DNA of 63,056 bases, counting the filler, from Lenisia limosa (Eukaryota > Protista > Breviatea), in the NCBI GenBank assembly GCA_001655205.1. It is 8 parts of 8 records of this genome, joined end to end, with 100 filler letters (N's around TTAATTAATTAA, not from the genome) between each part and the next. Parts side by side here need not be neighbours in the genome. Positions count along the whole stretch, not along the records: positions 43,053 to 45,070 come from LPNZ01004993.1; positions 45,171 to 59,883 come from LPNZ01006935.1; 6 more parts are not named here. One strand, written 5' to 3'. Of this stretch, positions 45,001 to 56,200 are shown piece after piece. Position 1 is the stretch's first letter. The number at the start of each line of letters is the position of its first letter. Both the position numbers and the translations under genes were made by a program. A model generated the notes under the pieces. The model had not been told where the DNA came from. It was given only the letters and a program-made list of their open reading frames with translations, and did not search any database.

Positions 45001-47150
45001 CAGAATCCAGAACTCAATAAAGAATAATATGACCTCAAGCTTTGTTAAGGTTACATAATTTGACAGAAAANNNNNNNNNNNNNNNNNNNNNNNNNNNNNN
45101 NNNNNNNNNNNNNNTTAATTAATTAANNNNNNNNNNNNNNNNNNNNNNNNNNNNNNNNNNNNNNNNNNNNATTATATCTACAGTCCCCTATTATGCCACA
45201 CATAGTACCACTATACTCCGGCCCTCACGCAGTAGAACTCAAGAAAGAGGGGTGAATTGCTCAAGTTAAAATATTGTATGTGCTGGAGTCTCACACAGTA
45301 CCTATTATTCTTCAACTAGCTCTGATATTCATATTATTCTATTGCATTCCCTTCACTAATGTAGTTATTACTTCCCATGGTCATGGCTCCACCATGTTCC
45401 TCTCTAATGTGAATGTTCACCTTTATAGGCTTCACGCTGCACTTTATTGGAGGCTTCTGGTTGAGGTTCACTGACAACATCCTCGGACCACACCTGATCA
45501 GAGAGGGGTAAACAATATATAAATCCCAAAATCAACTCCGATGGCCAAATATATGGACTATTTTGAAAGAAAATAAATAATAATAATAAAAAAAAAACCA
45601 CAAAGTAAATAAAATACAAAACAAAACACGCTTTATACCCCTCTTACAGAGAGCTCCGACTCTTCATCAGAGAAGGTATCTGGCGGATTCTCAATATCAA
45701 AGAAGCCGATTTCCTCAAGGAATTTCTGAGTATCCAGATCATTCGATTGAACGACTGTGGAAAAATTAGGTAAAAAAAAGGTCACTTCACATAAGTGAAG
45801 GCTTTCCCCGACTCTCCCAAGTCAGCCTTATGTCATTGTGTGGTATCTTGAAAACAGCGAAATAAGCCAACATTGACACAATGATATCCCCTTGAACATA
45901 TTATATTCAATGTATAATGTAAAATATTGGTCTCAAAAATTAAAATTTTGTATCTTACCCTTTTCCTTTGGTAAGACAGCAATACCATCGGAGGAAGACG
46001 AAAGCAGGGCGATAAGGTGAAGTTTTTGGGCCTATGATGAGGTTATTATTCAGACTAAGAGCTTGCAAATTGACAAATCAATAGTTTATTAATATAATAT
46101 AGAAATGAAAACTAACAAAAAGTGTTTTGAAGAATACAAAATATCGACTTGGAAAGTTGTAGAATAATATTGACCAGTCAAGAAAAGACAATAAAACTCA
46201 GCAAACTCACTGTTTCCTCAAGCTCCTGCTCGTATTTCTTGCGCTTATCGTAGCGGTCTAATTCGTCATCATGTTCCAGGAACTGCAAAAGTGGATAAGG
46301 TGATTCGGAGCAAGATGTGCTGCTTTTGCTTGAATATGGAACTTAGTAGAATTTTATCGACTATAACACCTTCCCCCCACTTGTGGCTCTTCTGGCCAAG
46401 CATGCTCGATTTCCTGAAGAAATGCCTCAGCTTTGTCCGCTCTACCATGGATTTTCATTTTCAAGGCATAACTATATGGGTAAATGGTAGATCGTCAGAT
46501 AATAAAAAAATCAGATGTTGAAATAATGTTACACACATAACAAATATCTCTGATACGCGTGATGGTGAGACGGCATCGACCAGATTCTACTTGGTTTTAT
46601 TTCTCATTTCTACATAATATTATAATGTAGTAGTATATGACTATAATATGTACCGATATAATTTATCGCTTCTTGAAGATAACCACATAGTATCCGCAAT
46701 AGAATTGACCCGCTCACTCTTTGAGAATTTCCACGACCTCCGCCGGCGTGGATTTGAAGGATTGATGAACCGCTGTCTGCCGACAAAACTCAAGACTTCG
46801 CTCGAACTCTGGACTGGATTCCTGGGGGTGTTGTGCAGATTAGTGAGGAATGGATCTTATCTTTGTCACAAAGCTGGTGGCGTGGGGATCTTAACTGGAA
46901 TTCCGGGATTGGATTATGGGGAGGTGGGAGATTCTAACAAAAGTGATGGACAAGATTCTTGAGAGTGACCTCATTCACCATTCCCCTCATCATTCATTCA
47001 CAGTCAACACCTCAATCATTCATCATTAACCACCGCTGACTTCATATCCTGTTACAAGAGTGATCAAGGCATATGGCACGTCTCCTGCGAGTTGTCTTCT
47101 CCCCTGCGGTCTTTGCATTGTCTGAACTGGAGTCAAAGCCATCGAAACTG
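39066..47150 (-). CDS. Uncharacterised multi-exon gene or genes with one predicted TM near the C-terminus; crosses three assembly linkers
   Basis: Exons with canonical sites, e.g. ESSPEFERSLEFC..ILKE|ADKAEAFLQEIEHAWPEEPQ|FLEHDDELDRY..EET|AQKLHLIALL..EK|VVQSNDLDTQKF; VGVPIYSKVKK..LHFE; STFAVGVENVLDR; MHYMYINERDE; KFVIISEFEDW..VYE|ISLTPASNP; ALLGRLLNAL; STGHLYPETYPHAQLVYYSCVGVYMACSCLLYFLAMYY; terminal DAFSEEVSNYIKKLSQ TGA (39066-39116). No family recognised. Confidence 0.65.
39311..39923. mobile_element. Three MITE family B copies (39311-39405 B2, 39630-39712, 39828-39923)
   Basis: TIR and core matches, one per intron. Confidence 0.78.
40666..40759. mobile_element. MITE family B2 copy
   Basis: TA-GGGCTTCTACGGTCC...GGGACCGTACGGAAAACC-TA. 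Confidence 0.78.
41704..41780. mobile_element. MITE family A copy (diverged)
   Basis: CAGTACCGGAATAAGCCTTGGCC...CAAGACTTATCTCGGTCAATG-TA. Confidence 0.7.
42166..42267 (+). repeat. Dispersed repeat family C, reference copy (GTATCTGGCC.AAGCCGTCCAC...AATCATTTGCCTTA.AACTC.GTG.ACACAG..TTCT.CGTGCC)
   Basis: Other copies at 12172-12267, 8088-8159, 9032-9092, 44897-44990; partial matches near 1670, 4206, 4724, 9466, 24050, 38970. No TIR seen. Confidence 0.75.
42398..42759. mobile_element. Two MITE family B copies (42398-42484, 42664-42759 B2)
   Basis: TIR and core matches. Confidence 0.75.
44655..44710. mobile_element. MITE family B, left part
   Basis: GGCTTCACTTTGGTTCAAAAAAAAGAC plus core. Confidence 0.65.
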
Positions 47151-47789
47151 TCTCATATCCATAAGTGATGTAGCCATATGAACAACTTTCGATAAGAAAT
47201 AACGATGAGAGGTAGCAAGAGGGTTCGTTCGGTATGAAAGTATATTTGATACTTGTTGATCAAGTCCAAAAAGAGTGGATATGGTGACCATATCCCAAAA
47301 AAAGTGATATGATGATTGTTAATTTATGGCCGAATCTCTACTAAAGATAAAGGGCATACTACAACACAAACAATTATATCAATGAAATGTATAATTTTTA
47401 ATCATAACCAATCGACTCAATTTTGATGCATCTGAACTTTGGTTTGAATATCTTTAGGTTCCCATGTCCATCCACAAACCTCAAAATTCTTGTGCTACTA
47501 TTCCAATTATGCTTGAAGTTTGAAGGTTCACATTCTAAGTAGATGATAAGGATTCATTCAGGGGTAAAGTAGTAGTTCATGATGTTATGATATTTGATAA
47601 ACAGTATCAAAGAGCCCAGGTGCAGATCTGGTAGTTACATATCGAATCAGAAATGTAAACTGAAACAGGCTGGCCGCAACTGACTACATAAAATCCCAAT
47701 TCCACTTTAGTAATAGACAGATGGTTGAAAACAGATGGTAATGATCAGATATATCATATAATTAGCGACTAGACATATAACATACTTTT

Positions 47790-49860
47790 CCTGGGATTCC
47801 TCTTTCAAATGTCTTAACTGAGACGAATGGCAATAGCCAGACGAAGGATACTACAAAAAGGTTTGTGTAGCAATGTAGCAATCACAAAAAGACATTTGAA
47901 TTATCGCGGCGGCGGGGTTTATAAGAATGCCTGTTTCTTGTAATTTAATTGCAATCTCGAGGTATTAAAATGAATGCTGATTTGGAATATTGAAAGTGGG
48001 AAAAAGATCTTCGAAGATGGGAGTATCTCGACCCTTCTTGGTGGTTTTCTTGTGAGTATGGACTAAAAATAGCTTGATGGTGCTTATTTTGTGGCGGCAG
48101 AGTTTAGATGATTCTAGTCCGTCGCTGCTGTTCAGTTTTTGTCATTCAGCTAATCTATTAGACTGGCTGTTCTCTCACTGGCCTCTGCCTATCCCGTACT
48201 ATTTTTAGCCGACGATGACTACACGTGAGGGGTTTAGGGTTAAAGGGGAATACAGCATGGCGAATTTGTTCTCAGCTGTGGATATATACCTTGATAACTT
48301 TAATCTTTTCCCATAATTTTTTATAGCCCTTCACATCTTCAGGGAATTATTTCAGTCTAAGCAACCGGGGTGCGAAATGGAAACGGATGCTGAATCTGGA
48401 GGAGTCTTTATGCCTGAAAAAGGTTGGGTTTCGTTGATACTTTGGATGTACAGTTACATGAGTGTTGCGGGGGACATATGTGTTTGACTTGTTGAAGGAT
48501 ACGAATGGGTTATTTCATGTGAAGTGAAGGTTGACCTATTTAGTAACGCTTACTTGTTCGGACCTTCCTACCAAAATTGAAGATGGATTATTGTATGGAA
48601 TGGGAGGGGCTTGGAATGAAACTCCTGTTATCTTTGAATTTTGAAATTTCGTTTTCTTCTTCTTTTCACCGCTTGCAGTGTTGTTATCCGAAGGGCGGTG
48701 ATGACTTCAAATGATTATATTATCCGAGGTGTTGACTCAATTTGTATGTTGGGCCACTTTGTTGCACAATTACCGCAGGATTTTTCTGTTTCTTGTTCCA
48801 CTATAGACTTGATTTCAAATAAATGTATGATCAATACAATAGGAACAGGAAAGGAATCATTAAATATATATATCATACAAAAACATAAACAAACATTTGA
48901 ATAGGGAGTGAAGGGGTTTAATTCGGTTAAACAATAAAGAAATGGTTTTAGGCCAACCTATTTCGTTATATATCACTTCCTGGTAAATACATTTTTCTGC
49001 TATTTATTCATTTTAGCTGGGGAAGTCATTTTTGAAGTCGGTCAAAAGTATCAGAAATTCAAAAGCAACGCATTTACTGTAAATACAGTGGGTGAGGAGG
49101 TGCGTATCAGTCATATGTGTGTCTTGCTGCAGTGGATGATACTATTTTAAGATAGTATGTATTTTTAACCACCGTGTTTAGGCCGACTCTATCTTTTCAA
49201 TTCGCCTGAAGAACTCAAAGTATGCTGGTCAAAAGAACTAGAGTTGGTATTAAAGGAGATGCGAAATATTCGATAAAAGACCTTTGCCTGGACACATACT
49301 ATTTAATAGAAGGGAAATGCTGTACTATATTCCATATATTAAAAAAATAATAAATTCCCTCACGATTTACAATGTATGTGTAATAAATATTGCTGTATCA
49401 AATTAATTAATCATTCAAAGGTCTCTTTCACTTTATCCCTTCGTTCCTCCTTTCTTTGGCCGAATGAAAATTTCACTTCAGTTGTCTCAATTGAATTAGT
49501 TTAATCGTGTTACATTATTGCCTTAAAGTGTTGTTTTTAAATCTGAAGCCTCTCTCTTTATTGTGTAGTACCGTGTTTGTCAACGAAATGGCGAACATTT
49601 ACATTTACAGCGATCCTTTTCGTAATATGGTGATTGAGACAAGTGGGGGGGGGGGGTTTATGGGTTTTTATNNNNNNNNNNNNNNNNNNNNNNNNNNNNN
49701 NNNNNNNNNNNNNNNNNNNNNNNNNNNNNNNNNNNNNNNNNNNNNNNNNNNNNNNNNNNNNNNNNNNNNNNNNNNNNNNNNNNNNNNNNNNNNNNNNNNN
49801 NNNNNNNNNNNNNNNNNNNTTTAGGTCAATTAAAACGTTAAATGTAGGGGATATCAGAAA
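47790..49860 (+). CDS. Probable upstream exons, possibly the 5' part of the Cys-rich gene
   Basis: Exon-like segments with AG/GT ends: VVIRRAVMTSNDYIIRGVDSI, GEVIFEVGQKYQKFKSNAFTVNTVGEE, TVFVNEMANIYIYSDPFRNMVIET. Phases were not chained. Confidence 0.35.
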
Positions 49861-50274
49861 GGTACATGATGCAGTCCCTTTAACGATGATAGTATTCCCA
49901 CGGATTTGGCTTGCTGAACTAACATTCCATTCATACAAATATCGTGTTCTTCATTACCACTCATGAACCTGTTTTGATAATGATAATTCTGATGCTTCCC
50001 TCACAGAACCCTCTTTTGAGCGTTGTAATGATCTTTTGTAGATAATGCACAGCAAGTTAAGTTGTTGTACATCTCCAAATACAGCGATGTTCACTGCTAT
50101 CCGAGTTTGAATACTAGTTTGCCATTAATCTTTGTTCATTCATTCCCATTTGAGCGTATTGTTTCGGTGACATTTACGGCTTTTTAGTATTGAGAGTAAG
50201 AATATATATTTTTTCTGATTAGACGTATGAATCCTGAGTCTTGTGATTATTTCTCCAGCACTTTTATTTTGTAG

Positions 50275-53200
50275 GATTCAGGTTTGATTTCCAAATCTCA
50301 AATTACCTCATGTTTCACCAAGTAAGTGAGAATTGTCCTCACACTTCTACTTTTCCTGCCCCCCCCTCCCCACAAACTAAACGCAACATTCTCAAACCTC
50401 ATTCTCATTTCTATTTAGACAAATGATGTGGACATACCAGACGGCCATATTGTGAACCCAAATTTCCCGTACGTTTTATCTTTGCCGATTAAGGGCCTCT
50501 CATCTCAAGTTCAATATATTCGAATGTTGCAAAGTGAAGGTGAGTGTTGCGCATCTTATATGAAAATTTTTCACATTCTATATTTTAATCTAAACACACA
50601 GGAAATACACAATACTTTTTCGCATATCAGATCTTGACCTCTATGATTTATGTTTGTCATTACATACATAATACATACATACATATGATATAGTATATGG
50701 TATATACAAGCCATATGTATAACCTTAAATGTTTTTAAACCGTGGCTACCACAAGAGACCGCACATCAGCCTTACATTCCCAGTGTGCCCTTTCGGATAC
50801 TTCTGCAAAGACGGCATGCCTTTTACTTGCCCTGTCAACAAAGTCGCTGTTCCTACTGGCTGTATCGAGGTCTGTTTTGAAAATGTCCATGAATACGTAT
50901 CATATTTGGTTATTCTTTGGGGGATACTAAAAAATAATCTATATATTCATAATGGTGATCTCACCTTTCATCAAATGGTCGGCCTACCCATGGGTACCAA
51001 AGCAGCTCCTCTGCTCGCGCCTTGGGTTGTATCGCCACGAAAGGGACTTTGTCTCGAGTCACCAGGACAGTGAAATCAACCTTCAACAACGCCTTAAGGT
51101 TTATTGATGATATTCTCTTGATTGACCTCATCATNNNNNNNNNNCCAACATCTGATGATATTGACCCTATCTTCCCACCCTATCTGCAATTATCACAAAC
51201 ATACGCTTCCACAACTGAAGTGGGTTATCTTGGTATTCATAGGAATCATATCAATACTTCAATATACGATAAACGCAGGGATTTTTGTTTTAAAGTCAAT
51301 CAAGATCCACATACACAAATCCATTCCACTATTCCGAAACAAATTGTAAAAGGTGTCTTGAACGGGCAACTCACGCGTTACGGTCGATTGTGTTCTCAAC
51401 CGAGACACTTCACCTAGTCCTACTATTGAGCCCCTTATAATCTGTTCTCCTTTGAGAACGTAATCAATATTTACGATATATTTTTCTATAAAGCCTTTGA
51501 TGTCTGCAACTCTAACTCTCTGAACCTCCTGAAACTGTGACATAAGACGGATTTAGGAGGGTTATTATGCATGGGCTATTGTCCTTATTCATGAATCTAA
51601 TCCTTGTAGGTATGCTGGNNNNNNNNNNTTTGCTATCCTGCATATCGTGTCCCATTACACATTACAAGCTATTTTTGACTGAGTAGTGCGACACTACGGT
51701 GGTCGATAATATCTGGTGAGTGAGCTTGGTGAAGTTTGAAATTTGATGTACGATTTGTTTCATGGAGTTGGGGCCTAATTTTTATCACGATCTTATTGCA
51801 AATTGGATACCAAACTTTTTTTGGTGATCTTGTGAAAGGCTTCCCTCAGTTTCAAAAAAAGGTTAAAAATGGTATTTTTCGAATATTTTGAAGCCTTTTT
51901 CAGTCTGAATTGAAGTACTTATCCTGTGTTTAATATTGTTAGTTTGTGCCCTGCGGGGACTTACATGAAGATACACAGTGATTTTTGCCAAGGTCAGTTG
52001 GGAGGATTGCTCACTAACATTTATCTTGAGATTCTTATTTATTCTTTGGGCATTTCAAGATTTGGGTCTCCCTTACATATTTTTTGAGCCGCGGAAGATA
52101 TTATTTCTACTATGTACTATTTATATCAAATTGGCATCGCGTACACCTTTTTGTATTACGTGTTATTGTTATTTGTTCTACCCCCCCCCTCTCTCTCTTT
52201 ATTTTTAATCACCCGGATTTCTCCCATAACATTGTAGAATGTCCAGACGGGCAGGCACGTGCTCTTCCCCCTCCTTCTACTGGTATGCTTGTCTGTAGGA
52301 TATGTAGTGATCATTTTCAAGTTAAAACAGAAGAGTGAAGTTAACTTTGACGTAATTAAGGCAGAAACAATCCATTCCATGGAATGTGATCTTTTTTTTG
52401 ATATGATTGTCTGATATGATGATCGTGTACACCACTATGATTATATGTTTCAGATCCATATTGTTAAGCTTTTTTTTTTATAATATTGTTACTTTCTGCT
52501 CACAAAGGCCCGATTACTCTTCAGAGCCCCTCCCGCTGCTCCGCAAGATTGAAGTTCGGCGATGCTTCAATGAAGATCAGGTATAAGGTGGTGACTTCCC
52601 GAAATAGGAATATACATGCTTAAGTCTCACGCATTGTTGACGTGTGTTATTGTTTTAACAAGGACCAGCTTGGGCCGCCCAACAACAGGCTTGTTAAGTG
52701 CGATAATCAATAAAATTTGACCAAATTGTGTACTCATGTTAGTTCATTTAATGGCAATGTTGTACCCTGTGTTTAATGGATTTTATGAAGAGTATTATGT
52801 CGCTATGGAGTTATTGACCCAAATATAGTTACAACATCTTTTTCCAATCATTTAGGCATACCTGGATAGATCTGACAGTTTTTGCAACGAATGCCCGGAG
52901 AACCATATTACAATCAATAACAAAGTAAGGATGGGTCTTCCCTTCTCATTTAGACATGCAGTGATTACTTACCTTTATAAGGTTTTTGCCCCTTTAGACT
53001 CTTGTCTATTTATTTATTGAATATGATGAAATAGAGCTATATGCGATTTATTATTTGACAACGTTAATATTTTCATCCCTTCGTAGACGGAATGTTATGA
53101 CTGTGGTCCTAATGCAACTCCAGACTCTTCTTTTCAACAATGGTAAGCGAGGGGTGGGGGTGCATTTCGCAATGAAATATGCGATCACCCTCTTCTCTGT

Positions 53201-56200
53201 CTCATATGATTCTACCATCCCTTTCAAGATTTTACTCATCTACTGTTTGTATCGTTCTTGATCATTTCAGCTTTTGTATTGTCGGGCATGGAGGACCGTT
53301 GTGCGAAAAGTGTCCGAGTGGCTCGGTATCCCTCAATTACGAGTGTCTTGCATGCCCACCATCTCATATTTCTGACGATATCGGTGCCACCTGTGTTTCG
53401 GTTGGTTGCAAATGGAGTTTTTCACGCTTTCGGGAAAACTAACACAAGTTGACCCATAATTAATATGGTTTACTTTTTTACAAATTCTAACTCAATGATA
53501 CAGTGTGGAGAGGCTTCTGTCATTGACAACAAATGGTGAGCCACAGTATGAGATTTAAACCTAAGGAATGTGGTGTAGAACAGCTTTTTTTTTTTTTTAA
53601 TAAATTAGGTCAAAATTCATTCTGTAGACACTTTACCTGTCCAAATGATAACACATATTTTGGTTCTTGTGTGTTATTTTTATCCAACTATGTAATCATT
53701 GGGCACAGTTCCTAACCCCCCCCCCCCNNNNNNNNNNNNNNNNNNNNNNNNNNNNNNNNNNNNNNNNNNNNNNNNNNNNNNNNNNNNNNNNNNNNNNNNN
53801 NNNNNNNNNNNNNNNNNNNNNNNNTAAGCTGTGGCCTCTGTGGCCCTGGGTTCTACTCGCATCCTGTCACTTTGCTGTGTTCGCCTTGCCCTGATGGTAC
53901 CTACGCTTCAGGGGAAATTCCTCTGACTGAGTGTTTGAATGTGAGGCGGATATCTGTCTTTATTTATCATGTTATGATATGCACACAAGTACTCTAACAA
54001 CTTCAGTGCACTGAGCCACATTCTATACCGTCTTTGAAGCAGCACGCCTGTGTTTGCAAGGATGGGTCTAGTCAACAGCCTGATGGCAGCTGTCTTCTTT
54101 GTCCTCTTGGTTTCTTTGAGCAATATGGCCAATGTACAGTGCGATGGGGTGCAATGTGCTTTATTGAAACAATTTAAACTAAAATTTATGAAGGACTTTT
54201 TTTTTTTTGATATTGCTATTTTCCAAATATTATGATGTATTTCAGGAATGTCGAACAGGTTACTGTGACCAACTTGGCCAGGATGAGCCCAAAACAGTAT
54301 GACACTTCTTTTTCACTTGTAGTATTCTCTGCCTATCCGAAATATATTCGATAAAGGAACAAAAAACTCCCATAATATTTTCAAATTTACACCAAGGCAA
54401 CAAAATAAGTTTTAATGCATAAGTGTGTTTACAACGGTTTTATTTCAGAAATAACAGACAAAGGTTGCGTGGAAACAAAACAATAAGAAATAAGTTATTC
54501 CCTTATTTCGAAAAAAGCAATTCATGGACTATTCAAGTCTCCTTGTTTGGATATGTGATATACTTCTACATTCACTTTGAGAGCCTCTATCGTCAAAAAT
54601 CTATGAGTATACAACTTTGAATAAAGGAAATAAATAAATAAATACGAGGTTGAATGTGAGAATCCATCTCTTACAAAACCTTAAATTTGTATGAGATAAA
54701 AGAGATGTATATATTATGTATATTTCTGGAATGGAGTAACCACTACAGTGTATCAATGGAATCCCCGAAGCTCCCTACAACAACGTGACAACATGGTTTG
54801 AAAATGCTCTTTTATAGCATTCTTCTCTATTGTGATAGTAGGGCTTCATTTCGGTCCGAAAAATACCTATAAAATATCGATAGTTTCCGAGGAATCATCT
54901 ATCTTTTTTCGGACTGTATTTAAGCCTTAATCGTAATCCAATTTCTCTTTCCTGACGGTTCTTCTGATTTCTTTCCACAGCGATAGCAAAATATTTTACA
55001 GTTTTAGTAAATGTCTTATTGGTTATCACCAAGATGTCGGAGGTTGCAAACTTTGTCCCAAAGGTTTGCCGGGGGGTGTGGGCGTATTGAGGGATTAGAA
55101 GTTTATTTAAAAAAGAGGAATCATTTCACCCTCAGAGTATCAGACAGTTTACTTTCTGTTTTGTTGATAACGTATCTTTAGTGTATTCTCACACCATTTC
55201 ACCATTTATTGCGCATTTGAAAATATGATAAATATGCACTAATTACTACTGGTTAGAATCAATCATGTTTTGATACATTTTAGGAACGTATGGCACCGCT
55301 CACGGAGTATGCACCCCGGCACCCGTGGATCATTATGTCAATGACGGTGGCCTTTTAGTGGAGGTGTGGGATAGAAGTTTTTATTGCAATAATATTTGTC
55401 ACTTACGCTTGAGTGTGGAGCAAAGTTTATCTTAGTGTTAAACATATATAGATTGGCTATTGCTTGTCTACTGTATGCGTTCATGTAATGTTTTTTTTCC
55501 AAGTGATATGATCGTAAAGCAGATTTAATACAAGTCTTCTGTCTTTCTTTGTTCATCTATTTTACCCAACCATTTGATTAGACCATCAGCTGCACTTACA
55601 CCACTTTCTTACCCTTATCAGTGTCCCTCTGGCTCCACGACCTTGGGAAGCACAGGAGCTGGGCATTGGTCTGAGTGCACATGTACGGACCCCCTCCACG
55701 CCTTAATTCAGCAACCCTATATATATTGTGGCATTTGCCCCCTTGGTTGGCAGGGTTTGGTGTGTGTAGAGAATTTCAAAAAAATGTAGTATTGCAAAAC
55801 ATATTTACTTCACTAAGCTCATCTGCATCCTTATATCTTCACTCTCCTCAAACTCTCGCGTCGGCAATTCCCCCCCCCCNNNNNNNNNNNNNNNNNNNNN
55901 NNNNNNNNNNNNNNNNNNNNNNNNNNNNNNNNNNNNNNNNNNNNNNNNNNNNNNNNNNNNNNNNNNNNNNNNNNNNNNNNNNNNNNNNNNNNNNNNNNNN
56001 NNNNNNNNNNNNNNNNNNNNNNNNNNNNNNNNNNNNNNNNNNNNNNNNNNNNNNNNNNNNNGTTCATCGAAATTTCCTTCGTTTTACCCCCCTTCCCCTT
56101 AGCAATAATCTATTAGGGTCATTTAAAAACGGTACTTCGTGCGATACTTGTCCTGATAATTTTCTGCGACTTGATATGAATTCCACTGTCTGTGACATGG

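Noticed and set aside
45645-45690. CTGATGA followed by a stem, as in a hammerhead ribozyme (minus strand)
   Set aside because: No GAAA after stem II, and it lies within a coding exon (..TFSDEESELS).
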